Source: Candidatus Borrarchaeum weybense
Lineage (GTDB): Archaea; Asgardarchaeota; Sifarchaeia; Borrarchaeales; Borrarchaeaceae
Assembly: GCA_019057385.1 (NCBI GenBank)
Contig: JAHQJS010000002.1
Location: 1 to 37,101, forward strand
DNA: 37,101 nt
Reading direction: 5' to 3'
Shown: piece after piece, positions 27,877 through 36,750 of the stretch
Numbering within the stretch: the first letter of the stretch is position 1
Layout: every line of letters begins with the position of its first letter
Position numbers and translations under genes: made by a program
Notes under the pieces: generated by a model
Database searches by the model: none
Told to the model about the DNA's origin: nothing
Seen by the model: the letters and a program-made list of their open reading frames with translations, nothing else

Positions 27877-29064
27877 CTAGATGACTTGAGACGGATTTAA
27901 TCGTAATTCAGTGAGTGTAGTGTTAATTCTGCGTTTACTATTTTTATCAACGAGTACGACACGATCAGTGCATGAGAAACAAGGATCTATGCCCGCCAAG
28001 ACAATTGGAATATCTGCAACGTATCCACCTTTTAACCTTTCACATACAGAGGGGATGTTTCCTAATGTTGGGGCTCTAACTTTCCAACGTTCGGGTTTGT
28101 CCGTTCCATTTGACTTGAGATAATGGATATCTTCGCCTCTTGGGGCCTCAACTCGAATCACTGTTTCACCTGGAGGTACCTTTCTCTTGGCTTTTGTACG
28201 GATTTCACCGCTAGGCATATTGTCGAGCATGTATCGGCACATCTTTATAGATTCGAAAACTTCTAAGACACGCACTATTACCTGCCCAAGTGTATCTCCA
28301 CCATCATAAGTAATTACTTTGAACGGTATTTCGGGGTAAGCTGCATGTGGATCGTCTTTTCTTACATCTATGGGTACCCCACAACATCGTGCGTTAGGAC
28401 CCACTGCACACAATTCAATCGCTTGTTCTTTTGTAATCTTTCCAACACCTGCTACTCTAGCGGCAATCGTTTTTTCCTTCAATACAACGTCTGTATAGTA
28501 TTTCAGTCGCTCTTCCATAGCGTCTAGGCCTTTATAAGCTCTTTCTTTAATTTCTGGTGTCATATCCCTACGAACGCCACCGATAGTGTTGATCGCATAG
28601 TTGACTCTATTGCCACTGATTTGTTCTAGCATATCCATGACATGTTCGCGATCTCTCCAAGTATAGTAGAACAGTGTATCGAAACCGATTTCATGAGCAG
28701 CAACACCGACCCAAAGCAAGTGGCTGTGGATTCTCTCAAGCTCAAACACGTACGTCCTGATCCAATTACCTCTATCTGGGATCTCTAAACCAAGCAATGT
28801 TTCCACTGCAATGCAGTAGGCGGTCGTATGAGAATGACTACAGATCCCGCAGATACGCTCAGCGAGATAGATGTTTTGGGTATAATTCCTAGACTCTCCT
28901 AGTTTCTCAATGCCCCTATGAATATAACCAATCCTCGGTTTGACATCGACGACCCTTTCCCCGTCAACTTCAAACAGGAAATGCTCGGGTTCTTTCAATG
29001 CAGGATGCTGCGGACCGACGGGAATATGGAAGCGCTCGCCTTCGGTTGAATCTTTTTCTGTCAC
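27877..29064 (-). CDS. group 4 membrane-bound [NiFe]-hydrogenase large subunit (NuoD-homologous)
   Basis: GPQHP, GYIHRGIEK, L1 motif ERICGIC and L2 motif DPCFSCTDR with all four Ni-Fe cysteines, EAPRGE, C-terminal extension. Confidence 0.93.
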   Translation of the reverse strand: MTEKDSTEGERFHIPVGPQHPALKEPEHFLFEVDGERVVDVKPRIGYIHRGIEKLGESRNYTQNIYLAERICGICSHSHTTAYCIAVETLLGLEIPDRGNWIRTYVFELERIHSHLLWVGVAAHEIGFDTLFYYTWRDREHVMDMLEQISGNRVNYAINTIGGVRRDMTPEIKERAYKGLDAMEERLKYYTDVVLKEKTIAARVAGVGKITKEQAIELCAVGPNARCCGVPIDVRKDDPHAAYPEIPFKVITYDGGDTLGQVIVRVLEVFESIKMCRYMLDNMPSGEIRTKAKRKVPPGETVIRVEAPRGEDIHYLKSNGTDKPERWKVRAPTLGNIPSVCERLKGGYVADIPIVLAGIDPCFSCTDRVVLVDKNSKRRINTTLTELRLNPSQVI

Positions 29065-29213
29065 ATAAATTCCTCCAAAATTACCTTAAATCAAGAGATG
29101 AAAAACACAATTGTTATCCATAAGAAAAAGTAAATCTTTTAATACTTTCTATTTCTACACGAAGATATAACTCTTAGAACCAAACTGATTTTCTCGTTAT
29201 AAGGGAATGGCTT

Positions 29214-29450
29214 ATGTCAAGGGATCGTGATGAAAAAGACGCTGGCAGAGACTTTGCTAGAGGACTTATGATTGCTAGTGGTCTACCTGTGATGGTGATT
29301 CTGGGAGTCATCGTTGGATATTATATCGGACGAGACTATGGACCTATGTCTGCAGGATTAGGTGCACTTGCTGGTGGAATGCTAGGTTTAATTTGGACTG
29401 CAATTGAAGCAATACGTTGGAATCCTTCAGATAAAAAGAAAAAAAAATGA
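29214..29450 (+). CDS. AtpZ/AtpI-family small two-TM protein (putative ATPase membrane-sector assembly factor)
   Basis: 78 aa with two Gly-rich TM helices and G..VGYYIGR pattern. Convergent with the c-subunit gene. Confidence 0.65.
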   Translation: MSRDRDEKDAGRDFARGLMIASGLPVMVILGVIVGYYIGRDYGPMSAGLGALAGGMLGLIWTAIEAIRWNPSDKKKKK

Positions 29451-29616
29451 GCGAACATTCTCATTTTAAATAAGAGCTAGGGATGATTTGCGCACATTTT
29501 TGTTGTCTTCAGTTCAGGCAAAAAAAGATTTTTTTTAAAAATGGGGATGGGGATGTGAATCACTAGACGAACTTCGAAGAAACTGAGATTATTCAATCGT
29601 CGTCTTGAGATCCACT

Positions 29617-29964
29617 TTAGATGTTACCAATCAACATTATAGCAATAACCAGACCGTAGATTGCGATAGCCTCGATGAACACAACGAAAATCATAGTACG
29701 ACCGAATACTTCTGGTTTTTCAACGATAGCACCAATAGCGGAAGCACTGACAATACCCATGCCTATACCTGCGCCACAACCAGCAACACCTATTGCTAGA
29801 CCAGCGCCAATCGCGTATCCAACTTCTTTTGGAGTACCGCCGGTAAGACCTGTGGTAGCCTCTTGCATTGGGACAACAGCTTGTGTAACTGTTACAAGTG
29901 TTAGGACTACAATCAGTGCAGCGAGTCCGAACAATGTCAATTGTAATGCTCTAAGTCTATTCAT
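29617..29964 (-). CDS. atpK: A/V-type ATP synthase proteolipid subunit c/K
   Basis: GAGLAIGVAGCGAGIGMG, EKPEVFG, FIEAIAIYG (ion-binding Glu). Hydrophobic N-terminal extension. Confidence 0.93.
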   Translation of the reverse strand: MNRLRALQLTLFGLAALIVVLTLVTVTQAVVPMQEATTGLTGGTPKEVGYAIGAGLAIGVAGCGAGIGMGIVSASAIGAIVEKPEVFGRTMIFVVFIEAIAIYGLVIAIMLIGNI

Positions 29965-29999
29965 TTTTCCTTCAACCTCCAATTTTTCATTTAAATGGT

Positions 30000-30023
30000 A
30001 GGCGCTTGGTTTTGAATGCGCCT
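30000..30023. other. short intergenic hairpin between atpC and atpK
   Basis: AGGCGC/GCGCCT inverted repeat directly after the atpC stop codon. Confidence 0.3.
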
Positions 30024-31082
30024 TTAATGATAATATATTAGCAGTTTTTGGATCTTGAGTGGATCAATCTCTTCTAATTTTCCAGTTAGAAGAGTTTTCA
30101 AATCATGTAACTCAAAAAATTTGAGTGTAAGAAAACTATAGATAATGCTTATCTGAAAAGGATAATCCGAAAGTTTCAGTTTGCATTTTCGCAAGTGCGC
30201 TTGCTGAAGATGCGCTTCTAAATCCATTAGAATATTTGGAACTATGCCTTTTTCACGGGTTTCTTCAAGGAGAGCCCCGTAATAAGGGGAATGGGAGAAA
30301 ATCTGAAGAGCATCCTCCATGCTTGTTGCATTTGCGGCACTTTTAAGTTCTTCGTTTATTCTGTAGGCCACAGGAAGATAAAAGTCTTCTGGGTTCAATC
30401 CTAAAGAAATAGCACGTAAAGCAATAATTATATTGTTAAAGTCAACGTCTTCTCCTATTAAGCCTTTAAGTAGGAACTTCTCACGTGCCCCAAATGTTTT
30501 CCCAGCCTTCCAATTATTAGTGATTTTCCATAGGTTCGTATAGACATTCCGATCAATCGTAGATTCCAGAATAAATATTTCGTTCGAAGTTTCATATCGA
30601 GGAAACGCAGCTTCCAAAGCCTCACGAAGTCCAATATCAGAAATTCTTGCTATTGCTTCTTTTACAGCACCAGTTTCAACCATATTCAAATAATAGGCAG
30701 TGCCAAGTTTCCCTACAGGCACTATATTTCTCAAGATGTCCTCTAAGGGGAGTTTTGCATGAAGTCCTCTCATAACACATTTTAAATTACTCGCGTCATA
30801 TTTTTTCAAAAAGGCATAAAAAAATTTGGCCTCCTCTCCCATAATGCCTCTGCTGATACTGGAATAAAGTTCAAAGAAATGTCTTCGTAAAGCTAACTCG
30901 ATAGTATCTGGGGTAAAGTCTAATCCCTCAAAGTATTTACCGTAATAAGTGGAAAGAAATATATTCTGGACTTCAGCTAGGGAAGTGGAGTCTAGAATAC
31001 GGTATGCTGTCTCTTTTGGAAGCATATATGAGAGTAATGCTCTGATCCTCGGATTAAGATAGAGATACACCCAGCTTGGCAT
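30024..31082 (-). CDS. atpC: A/V-type ATP synthase subunit C (V0 subunit d homolog)
   Basis: YLNPRIRAL, YDASNLK..MRG, DFNNIIIALRA, YSFLTLKFFE..DLK. ATG after GGTGA, between I and K. Confidence 0.85.
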   Translation of the reverse strand: MPSWVYLYLNPRIRALLSYMLPKETAYRILDSTSLAEVQNIFLSTYYGKYFEGLDFTPDTIELALRRHFFELYSSISRGIMGEEAKFFYAFLKKYDASNLKCVMRGLHAKLPLEDILRNIVPVGKLGTAYYLNMVETGAVKEAIARISDIGLREALEAAFPRYETSNEIFILESTIDRNVYTNLWKITNNWKAGKTFGAREKFLLKGLIGEDVDFNNIIIALRAISLGLNPEDFYLPVAYRINEELKSAANATSMEDALQIFSHSPYYGALLEETREKGIVPNILMDLEAHLQQAHLRKCKLKLSDYPFQISIIYSFLTLKFFELHDLKTLLTGKLEEIDPLKIQKLLIYYH

Positions 31083-31117
31083 GTTTATGTTCACCGTGTT
31101 TATTTTCAAATAATTTG

Positions 31118-33187
31118 CTAAGCAATAGTTCTAGAGATTGGCGTTGTGAATTGTCTTTCAATTGTAGTTGGCACAAAGCTTTTTCCAGTTCCGCTATAGA
31201 ACTTTGAAAACCATTCTACCCAGTGTAGACGGAGAGTATGGACAAAAGCAAGAAGTCCTTCAAGTAACCCGACCAAAATTGTGTTTAGTAGAATGCCAAC
31301 TATCCACAGACTCGACACACCGACAGAAAGCCCAATGTCGATAAAGGGTTCTAAGATTAAAACTGAGAGTACTGCATGTACTGCATTGAGAGCAAGTATA
31401 CGCCCATAACTGATGGTATTTGACAGGAGTGCTAAAGCGTATTCTAGTCCTTCCATTGCGCCTTCGCCACCATGCATCATTAGAAGACCAAGCATCATAA
31501 TTGTTAGTGGTACTATTGCAAGTATTCCTAACTGCGTTGGATTTCCCATTAGAGCATTGATATTAATCGAGAATCTTGTGATATAACCTTCTGCGTTTCT
31601 TGGCATCGCATTATAGACTATCCATAATGCACCCCAATAAAGCCATATTAACATTAAAGGAACTGTGATGGCTTCAATGAGATGTCCTCTTTTTAAAGCT
31701 AATATAAAGCGGATGACCAAGCCTAGCGTAATCTGAAGCGCGCCAACAACAAATGATAGTACCAAAAGTGTCATTAAGGGAGCAAGTTGAAAGGCAAGCA
31801 AATTTACCGTTCCGGACCCTTCCATTGGACTGAACCAGAATACAGGATTGATTTCCTGAAGAATATGTCCTAATGGAGTTGCTGGATGTGCAGGATGATA
31901 TACACTACCAAAGTGGTCTCCAAACACTGATCCAAATACGAAACCAAAGAATACTGACGAGATGCCACACAATAACATCAGTTCAGAACCTTTGATGAAA
32001 TAATCTACGAACTCGTTTACTGAGATCCTTCTTCGTTTTGCAACTAATGCTAAGGCGCTTAAAAACGCTAATACAGCCCCGTGACCGACGTCTGCAAACA
32101 TGAGACCAAAAATCAATGGAAAAGTTATGAACATAAACAAAGTTGGATCCAGTTCATGATGAAGCGGTGTACCATAACCAGTCACTAGACTCATAAGAGG
32201 TCCAAAGAATTTTTTATGTTCAAGATTTGTCGGAGTTTCTTCTTTCTTCAATTTAGATTCTTGAAATTCAAATTCACTAGTATTGTTTGTGTGCTCAGAG
32301 ACTATTTTTTCAACTTTCTTACGTTGCGATTTGGATAGCCATCCAAACATCACAGTAGTGCCATAAGGTGTTCGTATAAATAATGTGGAGACATCAAGTC
32401 CGTTTTTTTCTACTGTTAATTGTTCTTCAGCAGCCAATAATTGCAATCCATATTGTTCATTGATTTCAGTCAATTGTTTCTCGCATTCTTCTTTTTCTCT
32501 CTTGAGTACTTCTGGATCAAGAGATTGCAATGATAATTCACTGCCAGCAGCAATGATATCGCTAAGATTTAGTTCCCTAAATCCATAAACGCGAAGAATT
32601 CGTTTAATAGCATCTGAATGCTTATTCATCGTATAAATTACTACAACGCTTTCATATTCATCTAACTGATATGAATCAATGAAGCAAATGTTTTCAGTAA
32701 CTTCAAGTATTTTCCATTCAATTTCTGGTGCATCTTCGTTTTCAACAGTTCCAATAAGGGTACTGAAGTAATCACCTTCCTGAGAAAGTTCAGTTGGTGA
32801 AATTCCACCAAGATGTTCTGCGAGACCAATAATCTTTACCAGTTTATCTAATTTCTCAAAGCGAGATAATGTTGTAGACTCAGTTTTCTCAAGAACATTT
32901 TTAGTGAATTCAAAAACATTCTCAAGTGAAGATACATCAATCTCTACCTTCTTCTTAGGAAATTCCTCTCTATCGAGGTCTAGTATCATTATAAGCTTAG
33001 AAAGTCTGTTAAGATAGTCGTTGATTCTGTCTTTTTGTTCCCTTTCCTCTGTCGTTGCTGCATAAACTTTATGCTCAACATCAACGAACTCCATACAGCA
33101 GAACTCTTGCAGTGCGTTGGTTACATTTCGAGAATACTTGTTTGATACAGTTATTTTCGCAATATGCATCTTACTCGGAAAAAACAT
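31118..33187 (-). CDS. atpI: A/V-type ATP synthase subunit I (a)
   Basis: ELDPT..FP..FGLMFADVGHG, essential-Arg motif SNTISYGRILAL, LRLHWVEWFSKFY. Confidence 0.95.
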   Translation of the reverse strand: MFFPSKMHIAKITVSNKYSRNVTNALQEFCCMEFVDVEHKVYAATTEEREQKDRINDYLNRLSKLIMILDLDREEFPKKKVEIDVSSLENVFEFTKNVLEKTESTTLSRFEKLDKLVKIIGLAEHLGGISPTELSQEGDYFSTLIGTVENEDAPEIEWKILEVTENICFIDSYQLDEYESVVVIYTMNKHSDAIKRILRVYGFRELNLSDIIAAGSELSLQSLDPEVLKREKEECEKQLTEINEQYGLQLLAAEEQLTVEKNGLDVSTLFIRTPYGTTVMFGWLSKSQRKKVEKIVSEHTNNTSEFEFQESKLKKEETPTNLEHKKFFGPLMSLVTGYGTPLHHELDPTLFMFITFPLIFGLMFADVGHGAVLAFLSALALVAKRRRISVNEFVDYFIKGSELMLLCGISSVFFGFVFGSVFGDHFGSVYHPAHPATPLGHILQEINPVFWFSPMEGSGTVNLLAFQLAPLMTLLVLSFVVGALQITLGLVIRFILALKRGHLIEAITVPLMLIWLYWGALWIVYNAMPRNAEGYITRFSININALMGNPTQLGILAIVPLTIMMLGLLMMHGGEGAMEGLEYALALLSNTISYGRILALNAVHAVLSVLILEPFIDIGLSVGVSSLWIVGILLNTILVGLLEGLLAFVHTLRLHWVEWFSKFYSGTGKSFVPTTIERQFTTPISRTIA

Positions 33188-33640
33188 CGATTCTCACCGT
33201 ATTTTCCTTTTTGTTTTTTCTTGTTATTTTGAATTTTGAAATATTCTAATTTGTTAATTACAGTAAGCTAGTGAAGTAAAGATACAGTGTTTAAAAAAGT
33301 ATTGCTTCCCCCTACTAAGTCTAAAATCACCTTATACAGCTTAGGGGAGATTGTTACCATTGTTATTCCAACCGTTGGGAATTGATTTTAAAATCTAAAA
33401 TAGTATTGATAGCAAATATTTCAAAACGCTGAAGGAATCATCAAAGCTCATATAAATATTTTTAGGTTTTCTAGATCTGTTTTTTATGATAATGCAAGCC
33501 TTTCCCTTTAGTGATGACATCTAAATAGAAGTATCATCTAGTTTTGTTGTATTAATATTGATTTAAGCGAACCAAAAAGGTTATGCCATGGATTTAAGGC
33601 AATTTAAAAAAGAAATAAAGAAGTAAAAAGGAAAGCGATG

Positions 33641-35212
33641 CTAGAGACCTAAAATCGCTTGAATATAACTGTCTGAAGAGATTGCCGCGCCAGCAGCTCC
33701 TTGTGCCCATGTTATGATCAATCCTGGAAACAGGCCAATTAGGATGATTCCTATCGTGAGAAGAACGAGAGGCACTAACATGGAAGATGCTTTCTCTTTT
33801 GCCATTAGGATTTCACCTTCAGGCGTTGCGAAAACAATGATATGAAGCAATCTGAGATAATATGCAACAGAGAACGCGCTATTCAGAAGAGTAAGTGCTG
33901 CAATGATTGGCTGGTTTGCAACGATCGTGGCCCAGATTATAATGAATTTTGAATAGAAGCCACTCAGCGGAGGTACTCCTATCATAGCAAGAATACCTAT
34001 AGCGAAACAGAATGTTGTAACTTTCATTTTGCGACCGATTCCTCTCATTCCACTCAGGCTTCTTGTACCTGCTGCATGAATGTATACACCAGCAGCTAAA
34101 AAGAGAAGCCCTTTCATCATGCTGTGATTTAATACATGGAATAATGCGCCTGTTACACCGAGAGTCTGTGTTTCAGTACCAACAGGAAGCATACCCACAG
34201 CCATCCCTACTAAAATATATCCAATGTTGACTATACTTGAGTAGGCTAACAGTCGCTTTATATCATCCTGAAGCAGGGCCATTAGATTACCTACAGTCAT
34301 AGTAAGAACTGCAAAAACAGCAACAATAACCCCATAATTTATGAAAATTGTGGGTTCAAAGAAAAGTAACAGGAGTCGTAGGATTGCATATATACCGGTT
34401 TTAATTACGACACCACTTAACAGCGCAGAAATACCAGTTGGAGCAGCAGGATGTGCGTCTGGTAACCATGTATGAAGTGGGACAATGGATGCTTTAACAC
34501 CAAACCCTACGATCAGTAGTGAAATGATAATGTACAGCATAGGTGTTGGTGATGCAGTTCTAAGAGCACTTGCCATTAATGCAAGGTTCAAAGTGCCAGT
34601 TAGTCCATACAATAAAGACATTGTAAAGAGGACCAAAGTGGATCCAAATGCGCTCATAAGTAAGTATTTCATACCTGCTTCAACAGCTTCCCATTTGTCC
34701 TTACGAAAGGCGACTAGTACATACGAAGAAATAGCCATTGTCTCCCAGAACACAAACAGCGTGAAAAAGTCACCTGCCATGACTATACCATTCATGCCAA
34801 AAAGAATGGTTAGTAGTAATGCATAGAATTTGTCAAGACCAGAATCCTCTTTCATATAGCTGATTGAGTAGATAGCTACAAGAAATGCTAAACTAGTAAA
34901 CACTAGCATCATAAACCAGCTAAGCATATCTATTTCTAAGCAAGTGCCTAATGGTGGCGTAAATGTAGAGTAATAAACGACTATCGTACCATAGGTATTA
35001 ACTAAAGGTAGAATATAGATAAACAACGAACCAAGCGTGAGAAAGATAAATATGGTAGTTATTACTCCATAGGCGTACTTTCCAGCATCCGATTCTTTAG
35101 CAAAAAGGGATACAATCAATATTAGTAAAGCACCAATTATTGGGATATACAGCGGATCTAAAGCTGTGAGTTGCTCAATTGTTAGAGGCCATGAAAGGGA
35201 GATTGCATGCAT
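33641..35212 (-). CDS. antiporter-like proton-pumping subunit (NuoN/MrpD/MbhH-like)
   Basis: LFVFWE, AVEAGMKY, KASIVPLHTWLPDAHPAAP, VIKTG, PPLSGFYSKF. Confidence 0.9.
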   Translation of the reverse strand: MHAISLSWPLTIEQLTALDPLYIPIIGALLILIVSLFAKESDAGKYAYGVITTIFIFLTLGSLFIYILPLVNTYGTIVVYYSTFTPPLGTCLEIDMLSWFMMLVFTSLAFLVAIYSISYMKEDSGLDKFYALLLTILFGMNGIVMAGDFFTLFVFWETMAISSYVLVAFRKDKWEAVEAGMKYLLMSAFGSTLVLFTMSLLYGLTGTLNLALMASALRTASPTPMLYIIISLLIVGFGVKASIVPLHTWLPDAHPAAPTGISALLSGVVIKTGIYAILRLLLLFFEPTIFINYGVIVAVFAVLTMTVGNLMALLQDDIKRLLAYSSIVNIGYILVGMAVGMLPVGTETQTLGVTGALFHVLNHSMMKGLLFLAAGVYIHAAGTRSLSGMRGIGRKMKVTTFCFAIGILAMIGVPPLSGFYSKFIIIWATIVANQPIIAALTLLNSAFSVAYYLRLLHIIVFATPEGEILMAKEKASSMLVPLVLLTIGIILIGLFPGLIITWAQGAAGAAISSDSYIQAILGL

Positions 35213-35236
35213 TTTGATTCCTCCTTTTGATAAAAC

Positions 35237-36736
35237 TTATCCTCCTACTCCTAACCCAGCAACTGCTGGTAAGATGAATTGTAGTACGAGATTTGGAAAG
35301 ATTCCAAAAATTACCGCAAAGAAAGCTAAGATAGCCATTGGAACAAGCATAATGGCTGGGGCTTCTTTGACGTCCTCTAGTCCTGGTTTTATATCTCCAA
35401 AGAACACTCGTTTGACAAACCATAAGATGTAACCCGCTGTCAATGCACTGCCAATGACTCCCAGAGTAGCCAGTAAGTAATTGCCAGCAGAGAAACTACC
35501 TGCAAAGATTAGCCACTCAGCGGCGAAACCAATCAAGGGAGGCGTACCTGCGATGGAAAGTCCTGCAATCAAAGTAATAGTCGCAGTAATTGGCATTTTC
35601 GCACCAAGTCCTCCTAGTTCATCAATGTTTCTTCCAGTTGTATGTCCGACTGTTATCATCAGACAACCGGCGACCATAAAGAGAAGCCCTTTGCACAGGG
35701 CGTGGTTAACGATATGAAACATTGATCCAGCGATTCCGAGTGACGTTGCCGATGCGAGACCGAGGAAAAGATAGCCCATCTGTGAAATAGAACTGTATGC
35801 GAATAATCTTTTTGTATCTTTCTGCACAAGAGCCATGATTCCGCCCCAGTAAATAGTAACAACAGCTAGGGTAGAGAGCACGAAAGTATATGTTGCGATA
35901 GTGGTTCCAAAATAGGTGTTCAAAATTCTTGCTATAGCATAGCCTCCTGTCTCGATCATGACCCCACTTAGCAGTACACTGATAGGCGTTGGTGCTTCTG
36001 CATGTGCGTCGGGTAACCATGTGTGAACAGGGAAGAGTGCTAATTTTACACCGAAGCCGATCATATAAAGTATTACAATGATATTTATGGCAAGTTGAGG
36101 TATACCCGTTAAGGTCATATTAAGTAGATCAAAACTGCCCGTATATATCCACGTAGCACCAATGGCGAACAAGAGACACATTGCACCAAGATGAGTAAAT
36201 ATGAAGTATTTGAACCCTATTCCAACGGCGCCTTCACCATGTTTGCCACCCCACTTCGCGATCATTATCCAGCTGGGTATAAGCATTAATTCCCAGAAGA
36301 CATAGAATATAATCAAGTTGGTGGCAAGAACGACGCCTATCATCCCGGCCATGTAAAGAAGATAAAGGCTAAAGTAACTTCCAAGATTAGACTCTTTCTC
36401 CATATAACCCACACTATATAGTGCTGTAAATGTGGAAAGTCCTAATATTATAGCCGCAATAGGTGCACTTAGCCCATCTGCATAAAGTTGAAACACAAAA
36501 TTAAATGGGTCTCCAGCGAGCACAAAGGATACGTCACTATAAGAACCATTGCTTAAAACAACTGGGAGTACATTAGCGAAAAACATTAGACTCGATAAGA
36601 GTGCGAATACAAAGCACGACCATGCTGCGGCTTTTCCGCCGGCTTTTCCGGCGGCGAGGGTTACAATGGATCCTACAACTAAGATTAGCAAGGTTAAGAG
36701 TAGATTAAGATTTCCAGGTATTGGTAGTATTTGCAT
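35237..36736 (-). CDS. nuoM: antiporter-like proton-pumping subunit, NuoM-like
   Basis: FYVFWELMLIP, KLALFPVHTWLPDAHAEAP, and NuoM-type TM12 Glu in PPLIGFAAEW. Confidence 0.88.
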   Translation of the reverse strand: MQILPIPGNLNLLLTLLILVVGSIVTLAAGKAGGKAAAWSCFVFALLSSLMFFANVLPVVLSNGSYSDVSFVLAGDPFNFVFQLYADGLSAPIAAIILGLSTFTALYSVGYMEKESNLGSYFSLYLLYMAGMIGVVLATNLIIFYVFWELMLIPSWIMIAKWGGKHGEGAVGIGFKYFIFTHLGAMCLLFAIGATWIYTGSFDLLNMTLTGIPQLAINIIVILYMIGFGVKLALFPVHTWLPDAHAEAPTPISVLLSGVMIETGGYAIARILNTYFGTTIATYTFVLSTLAVVTIYWGGIMALVQKDTKRLFAYSSISQMGYLFLGLASATSLGIAGSMFHIVNHALCKGLLFMVAGCLMITVGHTTGRNIDELGGLGAKMPITATITLIAGLSIAGTPPLIGFAAEWLIFAGSFSAGNYLLATLGVIGSALTAGYILWFVKRVFFGDIKPGLEDVKEAPAIMLVPMAILAFFAVIFGIFPNLVLQFILPAVAGLGVGG

Positions 36737-36750
36737 TTTTGTGTCTCCTC

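Noticed and set aside
27877-29064. Calling this subunit plain NuoD of Complex I, or MBX/MBS
   Set aside because: All four Ni-Fe cysteines are present in two CxxC motifs, which NuoD and MBS lack.
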